DNA of 63,220 nt, filler included, from Lenisia limosa (lineage: Eukaryota; Protista; Breviatea): assembly GCA_001655205.1 (NCBI GenBank). It is 7 parts of 7 records of this genome, joined end to end, with 100 filler letters (N's around TTAATTAATTAA, not from the genome) between each part and the next. Parts side by side here need not be neighbours in the genome. Positions count along the whole stretch, not along the records: positions 33,080 to 51,569 come from LPNZ01005942.1; 6 more parts are not named here. One strand, written 5' to 3'. Each line of letters opens with the position of its first letter. The first letter of the stretch is position 1. Below, one piece after another: positions 36,859 through 49,440 of the stretch. The position numbers and the translations under genes are program-made. Below the pieces are notes generated by a model. That model worked only from the letters and a program-made list of their open reading frames with translations, ran no database searches and was not told where the DNA came from.

Positions 36859-39781
36859 ATGCGCCTTCTTGCTTGCCTCGTCCTGGCCTTGTCATTATTT
36901 ATGAGTAAAGCTGAAGCTATTACAGTTTATTCAAGGTTTGGTGGATTTACTTTTTCTTTTCTCCTGATTTGTCTTTTGTGATTCCGCCTAGCTCCCTCTG
37001 TCTTGATGCGTTTCCTGTGATCGGCAAGGCCAATGATATTCCAAATAATTCAGTGAATTGCCCTGCAATTTTTGACCCAGTAATTAATGTTGATATGGGT
37101 GAGTGGGTGTGTCAAGGGGGCGTGAGGGTTCATGTCTTGTTTTTTTTGGGCTTATCTTATTTTGAAGTTCTAATCCCTCTCTAATCCTGATGTTTTTTTA
37201 GAGGTTGCATCCGTTTCATCAGAGGCAATTATCCTCTCAGTTAATGAGACAACACGAACTGTTAGGAGTATTTCCGCCTCCTTCAATGGGACTGAGGTGA
37301 GCGTTCAGTCAAGTCAGGCTTTGGTACTCCCAATCTTTTCTGATACAATCAACACTCAGTTATCTGCATATGACTCATAGTCATCAGGCGTCAGTTTCAC
37401 CGTTATCTGAAGGCACTTTCATGATTGTTGGGCTTCCACCTAACACTCAATCAAATATTTTAGTTTCCCTCCATTTTGGTCCGTTGAAAATCAAATTACC
37501 AATCTACCAAGTAGGCGGATGTAAGATTATTTCAAATATAATCATACTTTCAGTAAATTCCTTATTAAATTTTGGACTGATTTTGCACTCAAGCTTAAAC
37601 CGCTCCTTCTTGATGACTTATGAAGTTAATGCTATAGGTGCAAACATGTATTGAGTCGTGTGCAGTATGTAACGCAACAAATGCTGTCACAACATCGTCT
37701 TCACAACCATGTCAGAAATGTGAAGATAATGCTCAGCCACGTGAAGGAAAATGTATAAACTCTTGACATATTGTTTTATTGATTATTGATTCCACCCTTG
37801 CTTATCCCTTTAGGTACTCTCTGTTCGAACTTCAATCGAAAACCAGGTAGGAGATATATGTATGTACGAATAGTATTACATATGATATATATATATATGT
37901 ACATGTATATATCATATATATAATTATACAGATATATTATATGATATTTATTTAGATCATATATCATATACTATATATCATATAGTATATCATATATATA
38001 TCTATATCTATATATCATAGTACATACACACATTATTTACTATATGTTATGGTATAATATATCAATATATATATATATATATATATATACTGAATCATAT
38101 TTCATGAAAATAAAAGTATGGTGGATAGAGGGAACCTTTCAAGTGGGAGCTAATCACACAACATTCTACCAATGTTGCTTCAAGGAGAAAAATGCTTTTT
38201 TTGTATTTTTTTTAAAAAAAAACCCTCTTCCAATTGCAAGGATCCTTGTTAGTAATGCACTTCAGGAGACGGGCTTCTCTGCGGAAGTTGTTTGGAAAAT
38301 ACAAAGGAAATACACCCAAATGGACCTTGTATAGGTTTGAAGATTGTGTATTTTACATTTAAATACAATTGTTTTGGCTCGTGTGATTAATTGATAGAAA
38401 GTTACCTATTAGTAACCTGATTATTTAAGACTCACCCAATAGGTTCAGTTCAAGATTGCGACGATGTGTTCAGCAAATGTCCTGCCTGCCCAGAGGCTGT
38501 TTACAACACCACCTCAATTGTTTGTCACCACCGTCGAACTATAGCCATGAAGTGTTTTTTTAACTTATTCAAGGGACCTGTGCGTTGTATGCAGCGTAAT
38601 GGGCATTCATGGACCAGGTATGTGCAACAAGTCGGTTTTTGAAAACTATTTCTACTCTTTATCGAATCACAAGTAGTTGTTAGAATGAGTGAGCCTGCTA
38701 AGTGTCAAGTTCTAACACCTCAGGGTGTATAGCCTAGACGTAAACAGTCCACCTACAACATCAACAAATTTCTATTCAAGCGGTATCCAATATGGCAGTC
38801 CAGAGGGTGAGCGTGCTTTTGGATGTTTTTAAGATACTCTTTTCAGAAGAAATTACTATTGACTCATTTTGCAGGTGACAATGATTTCACAAATGGATTC
38901 TACCATTTTGTTTTCTCTACTACCCTTCTTCGGCTTGCAACTGACACTGGTATGGTTAAATTCACACAGGTATCCAGAAAATTTACAAGTATATTTATCA
39001 TGAACAATGTTGGCCTTTGATGAAGCAAATAACTCCCTCAGAGTCTATCATAACAGAAGAGTATATTCCAGCGCTCCCAAAACCACTCGAGTCGTTTGCA
39101 AACAACGCTGCTTATGTTGCCACTGGTGCTTTGGTAAGAATTATATCGATTAATCACGCAGATAATTGTTTATCCTTTTGGGCTTATTGAATGTAGGGAA
39201 ATCCCACTGACATCCCATTTTGGGGCAGCTCTGGTCATGGAACGTTTCAGTTTCTTTAGTGAGTTGAGTTCTGACGGTTGTTGTTCCCCGCTTTTTTTTT
39301 GATATCCACAGTAACACTAAAACGAATTACAACGAGTACAATCAAGGCATTAGAATGTACTGGTACAGCACGCCGTTTAAAGCAGATCGCTCGTATTCAC
39401 CTTCCACAAGTGTAGTTGGAATAGGTGGGATTTGTGGAATATCGGAATAATATCCCTGAAATGTTTCCCGGAGTTCAATCCAAGATTTTTGGCCAGTTAA
39501 CATTGGCAGGTTACTCTACATATGGAGGAAACGTTGTTTCTCGAGCAACAGCCTCGAACTGGTGCTTTACCTCGGATAACAGTGAGTATTTGGTACACCA
39601 AACACCAGTCCTTGCTTTGACAAGACTCATATATCAGGTTGCCAATGGAACTCCTTGGTTTATGAACTCTGGGCGAGGTAAACTGACAAAATGTTTATTA
39701 GTAATCTTTCTTGATTCTTTTTTCTCATATGTATTTCCTCCTTTTTGGCACAACACTTGGGAAGGTGGACAGACATGTTGA
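36859..39781 (+). CDS. Secreted Cys-containing protein of unknown function
   Basis: Signal peptide MRLLACLVLALSLFMSKAEA. Exons include VQTCIESCAVCNATN, CDDVFSKCPACPEA, GNPTDIPFWGSSGHG, GYSTYGGNVVSRATASNWCF and a terminal WHNTWEGGQTC*. Confidence 0.6.
37880..38090. repeat. Degenerate (TA)n/AT-rich microsatellite in an intron
   Basis: Long interrupted ATATAT/ATCAT tract. Confidence 0.7.
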
Positions 39782-40657
39782 AATGTTACCCTCCTCGCAT
39801 GTTACTATTGGTTATAAACTCAACTGTCTTTTACTTTCACCTGCATTACTTGTGAAGGGCAATTTATTATTAATAATATTTTGTTTACCTTTGTCATACT
39901 GTCATACGGAGTTACGGATGGGGGCTGAAGATGTGAGGAGCCACAAGCCTCAAGCCCGGGCAGTGCCCGCCCGAGCCCGGGCTTATTATCCTCTCTTTTT
40001 TTTCTCATTTTCTCCTTTCTCCTGTGCCTTTTTTTGGTGCCTTTTTGAAAAGTAGTGAGTGATTTATTTACCAACCGAGGAGGGCTACCAAGGGGACACC
40101 AGCACGACACCAGTTGCAAAGCTGTAGGAGTGTAGCAATTTAAAGTAGATCTTAAAAAGAAGGCGCAACGACGAACAAGAAAGGAGAGAGTGGAGAGTCA
40201 GAAGATGATAACACAGTCACTCTCTGCACAGGAGGTGCCGATCAGTACTTTCTCTTCGATTAGCGTTCATGCTAAGCTACCTGAGCCTCCTCGGAAAGTG
40301 GTAGCACCGTTTGAGGCGATTATTGGTTCCCCCACCCAGCTTCCATATCATCATTCCTCTCTTACGATTTAGGAAAAAAGTGGCTGAAGGCGAATTTATT
40401 GTGAGTGGATTAATATGTTTCACATAAGAAACAGGAGATTTATAGCGAATTCAACAATTCTGTTGTTATTATTGAACATCCATTCTCATGCCTTATCAGA
40501 TCTTGTAACATTTGTACTTCGCAAAATATTTTTGCATACTTATTTGTACTGAATTTTTTTTTTCTCTCTCTCATCTAAGAGACTTTTACCTCTCTTTATC
40601 TCTTAATAAAGAGCTTAAATATTGAAATGACGGGCTCCTGTGACCAATAAGCTTCCT

Positions 40658-43600
40658 ATGTTTGACTTTCAGTGCCGAACATGCGACGAGTCGTTTGAGA
40701 CTAGTCAGGAGCAAAGGGCCCACTACAAGTCCGATTGTCATGTCCAGAATGTGAAAAAGTTAGAGGGCAGAGGGCACTTTGGCTAACATTTATACAATTT
40801 TGGCCGTAACAATGGCAGGAGAATTGAGGTCACTGAAGATACAGAAGAAACAATGGTTGGTGCCATTGGCAAGTGCATTTATATTTTACGTTCAAGGCAG
40901 CAGAGGAGAAGTTCTATGAATCCCTTCAAAATTTGTCAAAATTTAACCACGTGACCTTCTCAGTCACAGGGCCGGTTGTGTCAGGGTGGTCCTTGAAACT
41001 AGCTACGAGGACGTTGAAGGTTGGAGCTGTGCCAAGTTCTTAACAACACAGCCGAAGATAAGGAAACAAAAAAACGCCGAAATTGATAAAATCCCTGATT
41101 TATCTGGGACGACTAGCATCAAGGCGTGGCGGTCTGTGATTGAGGTAGGTAGTTGACAGAGTATAATAGGATTTCTGTTCATGGTATATGTATACATAAC
41201 GTGCAGATAATAACACAACTGATGAATTCTCACATTCATTATAGGCAGCAGTTGGTCTGGGATGTACGTCGGAGGAGTTCATCAAGGCAACGCCAATGGA
41301 GTCTGCGTCAAAGTATGAATCTTATGATGCGTGAACATATCATATGTTAATAAATGTTTAGTAATTTTCTTGAATATTTATTCTCTCGCATATCCTGTTC
41401 ATCAAGGATATGCGCGCAGCAACATATGGACACATGTTTATTTTACAGGGAGTTAACTGACTTTTGGACCAAAGGACTGAAAAGCTTGCCCAATTTGAAG
41501 AACTGGACAATTTTGATTTCAAGTGGCGGAAAATTTGCGGTATGTTGAATCACAATCCTTTCAAAGTACTCCATTTTGTTAAGTTTTGTTAACACATATG
41601 ATGTATGACATTTCAGGGTGCAGTATTTGTGGAAGGAGAGCTGGTGGCCCACAAAACTTTCCAACGGTAAGAATACAATATTGCTGGAACTCTTATAGTA
41701 TGGAATATTTATACGGTTCTATTGCTTTTCTAATTTTTCAGATATGTGACCCGAAAGAAAGCTGGAGGTAGACAAGTAGTTCATGACAAATCCAACAAGA
41801 CTATGACAAGTGCAGGTTTTTGGGAAATCTCTTGTTGTGACTATTAATGAGCATTTTCACTATTTCAGGTTCGCAGATCAGACAGTCTCAAGAGCTGTCA
41901 TTTACTGCCCAAGTTATTTCAACAATGCTGTGAGTCAAACGCTTCTTTTATTGCATTTCTTTTCTCATTAAATAAATTGAAGACTCATGCTTCAGTCAGT
42001 GGGAGCAGTTTATTGAAGAATCAGACATCATTGCCATTTCCATCCCAGGTCTTGTCAATAGGTGGGTGTCAACTCTTTGTGACCTTTTCATCTTTTAGGG
42101 AGCCCTTTTTTGCGGGCAAACAGCCCAGCCTCAATAAGGATGACCCTAGAATTGTTCAAATTGCCATGTCGTATGTCGGGCTGCAAACGGATAACATAGT
42201 ATTGCTTCTTCGCCTCTCGGGCATGAACCTCAAGCAGAGATTTCAGTTTTTCATTCGGTCATTATTTCTTGATTCTATCATTAATTTTATGAGCATTTTG
42301 TGTCATTAAGTTGACTCATTAGGGCAGTCTCACCTACCTTGAGTGATGCAAAGGAGGTATATTCCACCATGTCAAACGTTGAGGTAAGTGTCCCACAAAA
42401 GAGTTTTTTATTGTAAAGGTTGGTAAGTTTGACTGCATGGACCCTTCCAATACCACTACGTCAAGCCAGACAATGCAGCTCAAAGAACCAAGGTTGGAAG
42501 AGGTGTTGCTGTTTTCCCGATGCAGCTCTTCTTCACCGCTTTTGTCCATCTTTTTTCTGCACTTTACGATATAGGGTCCGCAACCAGGCCAAGAGAAACG
42601 GTTAGGGGATAGGCTTTTGGTTCGATGATATATTTTTTAAGTTCTCTCAAGCAATTCAGTTCTCCCCTGATGTCGCTGACTTACCAGACAACGATGACTC
42701 CCTGTCGGAGAGCGGGGGGGACACAGATGAGGACTGTACCCGTGGGGACGATAAGTTACCCTGGGCTCTAAGACCGCGAGGTATGTGAAGTTTCAGATAT
42801 TTTGACTGAATTGCTATATTATTGGATACCTGATACCTCAGAGCACATCATCTACCAAGCATGCCGGAAGGAGTCGGAGTCTCTTGTCTTGGATACAATC
42901 GAGGCTTATGTCAACTCCGAGTACGAGCAAGGTGAACTAGCCATAGTTGGAAGAAACCTGATAGATTCCTATGTCTTTTCTGGCATGTATGAGTGAGTTT
43001 TATATTTCAGCTGAACCGCTGCCAGTAGACCTATTAACCCGTCCTGTCCGACCTTCTTACATGACGCCACTTCACATTGCCTCTGCGCGCGGCCATTCAT
43101 TAGTAGTAACTTCACTACTTGGCTATGGAGCTGATCCTGAGGTGGGATTGTCTTCAATTTGTCTTTTCACTCAATGAGATTCAGTAAGAACGCTCCTGAC
43201 AAGCAGTTCACAATTTAGATGAAGAATTCGATGTATCGCACCGCCTACGACGAGGCTGATGACTCCGCCACACGGGCCGCCTTTGTGGAGTTACGTCGCC
43301 TTGAACCTGATGTATGTTGGGCTCAAGGACATCGAGGTGGAAGCAAATTTCGCAATATTCATCAAAGTGTTGAGTGGACATTGGCGCAATTCACTTCAAA
43401 AGTGAAATAACCTGGCTGTTTGTTAACGTATCAGATGTGTGACTGGTCGAAAGCACACGTACCAATCCCGAAACCCCTGACTGCGAAACAGAAAATGAGA
43501 AAAAACTCTAAATCCACCCCTCAAGAGGACAAAGATGCCCCCGTGGTTCCAGAGAATGTTAATGAAGATGCAATCAGAGAGGCAAAGGTTTGTGAGTTCA

Positions 43601-44139
43601 AACATTTCTTTGACTTTTGTTGAGGGCAAAAGAAGCTGAGAAAAGGAAGCGACAAAGGGAGCGCAAGAAGGAAAAGAAGATTTTAGAAAAAGTTTGATTA
43701 GATTGGATTGGCTCAAGATTATTGTGTACCCCAATGTCTTGAAATGGATGAAGTGTTAGTCTTAATGACACCAGCAGGCTGCTGCCAACTTCCAACAACA
43801 AAAGAAGGAAATTGAGGAGCAAGAGCAAGGTGGGGCTGGTTGCATTTTTTTGTGAGGCGCAATTATTATGAGTGCTTTGTTTGGACTTCAGTTCTCCATT
43901 GACATTGTTACAACCTCAGATGCGCTCAGACAAAAAGAGGAAGAGGAACGCAAGGTTTGTTGGTTTGGTATGATGACTGGACCAGATTCTGTCCATCCGG
44001 GAGGGGGGGTGTAACACACAAATGGCTAATTGTGCAGATCCGAGAGGAAGCTACCGCTGCCGCAATCGATTCAATGTCTCTTGAGTCTCTTATCAAATCA
44101 CAGTATGATGGTGCCAAAGATACAATACTGTGGTGCTGA
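40658..44139 (+). CDS. ANKZF1: ANKZF1/Vms1 homologue (RQC peptidyl-tRNA endonuclease, VLRF1 domain)
   Basis: C2H2 finger CRTCDESFETSQEQRAHYKSDCH; VLRF1 region WTILISSGGKFA|GAVFVEGELVAHKTFQR|YVTRKKAGGRQ...SA|GSQIR, LNKDDPRI, SPTLSDAKEVY; ankyrin TPLHIASARGHSLVVTSLLGYGADP; RTAYDEADDSATRAAF..DWSKAHVP; coiled-coil tail. Confidence 0.88.
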
Positions 44140-44894
44140 TTATTCAGATCAATGGAGCAAGCAGCAGGACTCACTTCTAATTTACTGCGTTAGCATTTTA
44201 ATTGATTCTTTCCTCATTCTTTTTGAAATGGGATTTGGGATTTTGGAACGTGAGTCCCAACGTCCCATCATGGGTCACGCCCCAATCTTACAGTCTGTCT
44301 GAGGGCTTGTCAAAAACGTTCAGTCCCCTTTTATCATCTTTTCCATGCCTCGGGTCAACATATGTCGCATATCGCATGTCGACATGCGACCAACATTCAC
44401 GGAAGTCGATTCGCATATGCAACCAAGTTGCCTTCAAAATATAGACTCACCACTGTAAGAATGGACCCCCCACCCCCCCTGTGCAACGCAAGACATTGAA
44501 AACACGATGAGCTTAAAAAACGAAATACCTTTCTAATAATGAATATAAACAGAATAAATTCCGTTATTTGTTTGTGACAAAACTGTTAGTGAAAATGTTC
44601 ATGATGAGTGGTATCGAGGTGGAAATTGGTACCGTAAATCGATATGCGTCGCATATTTTTTACATGTGACAATGTCGCATATTAATTCTATTCGACCCCA
44701 AAAAAGTCGATTCGCATGATACAAGGTATTATTGTTTTATTTTTGAATACCAGGAGGTGTAGTAAGTAGTAATTATACTCTTCCAGCTTTGTCAGCTGGT
44801 TTTCGATTATGGATTGCTGCTACTTGATAAATAAAGATTGCAATATTGAACACCACACTGAAAGGACAATCAATGATGCATCACACGCGTAAGC

Positions 44895-45585
44895 TTAGAT
44901 AAGGAGACGCTCGATGGCGACCTTGAGGTTGTTGATTTGGGTCTCAAGCTCGGAACCGTCGTGGAAGGTCACGGAGGCGGCAATGACGGGGCGAGAAACA
45001 CCACAGGCACGGCCGAGAGTGGCCTTCGAGCCGACAAAGACGTAGGGAACGTTCTAACCGGTTAAAGGACAAGAGAGTTGAAACAAAACCCCCCCCCCAG
45101 GAAACAAGGTACTAACCTTGTCTTCGCAAAGAAGGGGAAGGTGGAGGATGATCTCAAGAGGTTCAGCGTCGGCGGCAAGCACAACGAACTCAGAGATGTT
45201 ACGCTGGAGGGTCTTGGTGGCTAAATTTGATTAAGAACTAACATAAAAAGAGAAGGAGAGAGGGAGAAGAGCCTTCAGAGGCGAAGGGCAAGTGCCCTAA
45301 AAAATTACGGCAAACCCTCGTTAGCGCCCTTGCGGAGTTGTTTGTAGTTAACAGCTTGCTGGATCACATCTAGGATAGTCCTCTAAGGGAATCAATGAAT
45401 GAACATGCAAAAAAATGTATTTGACGAAAATCCACCATAAATACTACATACCTCAAGCTTGGCGTCCGCCAGAGGGTATGCTTTAGGGTTAGCTTCATCC
45501 GCCTGAAAGAGTCAGTATTAATTCAAATTTAGTCATTTAAAGTTATCCAACAGCAATTATCAACATATACTACCACAAATACCAT
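44895..45585 (-). CDS. SNU13: Snu13/15.5K (NHP2L1) K-turn-binding protein
   Basis: ATG|[17 protein letters not shown]|[22 protein letters not shown]|[35 protein letters not shown]|[27 protein letters not shown]...IERLLI*. Confidence 0.95.
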
Positions 45586-45839
45586 TTTGAAAGAGTGAAA
45601 CTTTTCGGAAAAAAATTTGCTTATATAAAATCTAATACCGTATATTTTGTTTTGACTGATGGTTTTCTTGTTCTTCTTTTTCGCACGCTCACGCACCTTT
45701 CAACCAACCTCTTTCACCCCAGCTTCTTAATAAAATAATAATATAAAAGAACTCGGGTTTGTTTGCTTGAGAAATCGAACTGCCTTCCTTTTCTTTACAT
45801 TATTCTTGTTATAATTCTGTTATAATTGAGCTGGAAATT

Positions 45840-47453
45840 ATGGCTCCACCTCCTTCTCCTCTTAGGAGATCCAGAAGTATTTTGGATTTATGAGATGATA
45901 TTAGTGAAGTGAATCTGTAACTGTTTCTGCTGACATTTCAGGCCTCTCTGCCGTTCGCTACTTCCCCAAAGTTGACAGATTCTCGGATGATGATGCTTCA
46001 GTGCAATCTAGGGTTGGATGATTAATAATACTTCCATAGTTTTAAGTGATGTCACCTCTTTAGGCGTTGGCAGAGTTTGAAGAGTTCCAGACATGGCGAC
46101 TTATGAAGGACTTTCATGACTTCCGTTCGATGCAGAATCGTGAACTTGGAGATGCCAATAATTTTCAGCAAGGTGGGAGCCCACCTGTTTTTTTTTTTTT
46201 TTTTNNNNNNNNNNNNNNNNNNNNNNNNNNNNNNNNNNNNNNNNNNNNNNNNNNNNNNNNNNNNNNNNNNNNNNNNNATGTAGGAATGAAATAGACAACA
46301 TTGTAACTCGCTCTTTGTAATTGAATCAACCGACTATTCACATTTTAGGGATGTTTCCCATCTCTAAAGACAATGTTTAGTCAAACTATCGAGACAGTTA
46401 ATAAGACCGTTTGTGTTCTCTTTTGGTAAGTGGACCGTTTTCTTGATGACAATCAGGATTTTCTGTATTCTACCCATTCACTTTATCTGGCTTGTCGTTA
46501 CACTGCCTCTCAAAGTCATAATTGCTATTATCAATATCATTATTTTTGTTGTCAAATTGACAGTGGTAATTGCCATGATTTGGGTAAGTTGCCAGCTATC
46601 TGTGTGGTCGTCTCAGTTTTCAGTTTTTGTTTTCAGTTTGGGGCTTCATCCACAATGGCAATGCACTCTCTGAATTGGTTTCAAATGCAGCTGTAAGGAG
46701 GGTCATTTGCAATGCTATAAATGAGACTCTTTGTTCATATTTATTCTTTTGTTTTAATTATCAGACGTTCTTCTCTATTCCAAGTGTCACCTTGAACACC
46801 ACAGAGTTTTTTGAATCAGTTCACAACACCACAGTGAGCGCTACGTATTTAGTGATTTTCCAATCGGTACGGCCATCTACTTGACAGTTATAGGCACCTG
46901 TCTTTGAAGCAACATCCGACAATGTTGCTGAAAAATGGTCATGGTTTACAAAAATTGTGGGATTTGGCATACATTTAGATTCTTTTCAAACAAAAGTGCT
47001 TAAAAATTTAGGCTGAAAAGGGAAAGGAGTACTACGACAGTGATATCTCACCAGTGGTTGGTTACAATAGGATGTAATGTCATTATAAAGGCGGAAACTG
47101 TTTTTGGCAAGAGCAAGGAGTACATTAAGAATAACCTGTGTGAAATAGTAGGATCATGCTATCATGATACCTCAGCTGCTTTCTCTTTGTTATTCAAATT
47201 AGGCTGAGTCAGCATATGAGAAGAGTAAGCACTATCTTGAAAATGACTTTTCTGAAATGGTAAGGTTTCCCCACCAAGATTTATAATGTCTGACTGTTAC
47301 TCAAATACCCAGGCTGAACAATTATACGAAAGCAGTCAATCTTACCACGATATGGTTAGGGGAACATTGACTGTTAGTGATGTTTAGTTCAACCAAGCTG
47401 TGGAATCTTCCAAAGAATACGTGAAAGAACTATCCAAGAAGAAAAAGACTTGA
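45840..47453 (+). CDS. Uncharacterised membrane protein with a long hydrophobic segment and exon-coded amphipathic repeats
   Basis: MAPPPSPLRRSR start; ~40-residue hydrophobic exon IFCILPIHFIWLVVTLPLKVIIAIINIIIFVVKLTVVIAMIW; C-terminal repeated exons AE..Y/F.KSK.Y; stop 47451-47453. Confidence 0.6.
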
Positions 47454-47644
47454 TCAGATGGTGAGGAAAAGGTTTCAAGATTCAAATACCCAACTTCAAT
47501 TGAATAAAGAAGGAAGATGTTACTATATGGTAATCTATAGGAAGGAAATGTATTTATGTAAAATAGTTACTAAAATAGATCATGATATTCTTTAATGATA
47601 TCACATCACTTCTGGGTACCTTTTCAAGAGAGCTATATCATTAC

Positions 47645-49005
47645 TTAAAGAAGTTTCAGCCTTCCTGACACTACATCAATTTTCTCAACAGGACCTAGTG
47701 TTAATTAGTAATGTTTGTTCATCAAAATGTATGTACTTCCTGAGAGGATGGTCAATGAAACAAAGAGGTTTGTCTCATTATGGTATACCTCAAAGAAGTA
47801 TGTAATCTAGTATTAGTATATCATATACTACAGTATGTTTATGCAAAAATTGAAATTTTTTTTCACCTACAGCCCCCATTTGAAATACCTACATGTATAT
47901 ATATATAAACTAAGCCATCCCGCCAACCAGGTCCAAGCGCCGCAACTGTCAGCGACCCCGCTTCAACCTGGGAAGTCACATCCTCCAAACAGTCTTCAGA
48001 ACAAACCTGTGTTCTCCCAGCATCATGAATCTTTGAAACTGGAACTCCCAATTTGGACGCTTGTGCACAAAGTGATTCTCTGAAGAGGGTGAAAACAGCT
48101 GAATAGTCGGTTAACAAACAATTCTTCTTGACTGTTGACTTTCACTGCCACTTTTGTTTGTCCGTATTTCAACCAATTCTGAAGAAAAGTGGGAAACCTT
48201 GAGGCTGCTTGCTAGAGAAACTATAAAATGTTGTAATCGTGATATCCAACTCACAATGGAAGCGGAATCACTTTTAGAATATTGGAGAAACAACAAGCCC
48301 ATTCCTTATAAAAATGGCACTTTTGAAGAGTACCACTTTCACCCATCCTCCATTGCATATCTTATGTATTCGCATCTTTTTTATTTGATGATATGTGTGA
48401 GTTCACTTTATATCTCGGTTCCTACAATCCCATTGAATGGTATGTGAATAGCAAAACCTACTCTGTAGCCAGCGACAGCAGCGTGTCCGCATTGGGCAGC
48501 TATCTTGCCTTTGTTCATCTTGAGGTCCATTCGCACAAGGAATACCTTAGATGTAAGAAAGAAATTCAGCATATTATCTAATGTAAGAAAGAAATTCACA
48601 ATATCATCTCATGTTTTAAGGATCCTCACCATTTTTTGAGGTTCATCTTCTTCAGCTTCATCAGACCACTCTTCCTCTAAAAAATCTTAAAACCAAGAAT
48701 CTGCTACATTCTCCCCAATATTTCTTGACCTCTTCGCATATATACATCTCAGCCAGCACAATACACAGCTTGGTAAAAGCTCTCACCTTCCTCATCGTCG
48801 TCAGTTTTCTCATTGTTGCTCCTTCTGCAAGGTAAGACATGATTGGAGAGAGCCACCCATAATTCCCCACTCACACCGACAGGATTCGCTCAATTGCAAA
48901 GTAGCCAGCCAGGCTGCATGCGGTGCCCACTACTCAGTTACAATGCAACAAACAAGCATAATATATTTGTCCATCCATATTTGATGCTGCCCCAAAAATA
49001 TCCAT
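47645..49005 (-). CDS. PTRH2: Peptidyl-tRNA hydrolase 2 (Pth2/Bit1); start approximate
   Basis: FLVRMDLKMNKGKIAAQCGHAAVAGY, WLKYGQTKVAVKVNSQEEL, IHDAGRTQ|VEAGSLTVAALGP|GPVEKIDVVSGRLKLL*; hydrophobic N-terminal exon. Confidence 0.92.
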
Positions 49006-49440
49006 GATAATGAGCCTCAGAAAAATGAAGAAACCCTTATCTCCTCACAGGCAAACGCCGTAAGTGTCGTTGGAAAAGACATTACGAAGGTGGTCAAGGC
49101 GAAGGTTNNNNNNNNNNNNNNNNNNNNNNNNNNNNNNNNNNNNNNNNNNNNNNNNNNNNNNNNNNNNNNNNNNNNNNNNNNNNNNNNNNNNNNNNNNNNN
49201 NNNNNNCTGTTTGGAGACTTGGATTAAACAGTTGGTCTTAATTGGTCGAGGTTTGTGTCGCTGCTGTCTGGCTGTTGTGTCGTGGCGGGTGGCAGTCTGA
49301 CGAGGATCTGAAGATCATACCAATTGGTTTTGTTTTTTTGAACAATCCAGAACAATAACACAATAACAACCAGATATATAGGAGTATCTTTAATTAAATA
49401 GGTGGAAACTAGAGGAGAAGAGTGGTAAAGAAGGGCTGAA

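Noticed and set aside
44595-44720. Box C/D snoRNA next to SNU13 (ATGATGA at ~44600)
   Set aside because: There is no suitably placed box D (CTGA) or terminal stem. The region instead shows degenerate TGTCGCATAT/AAGTCGATTCGCAT repeats shared with ~44361-44420.
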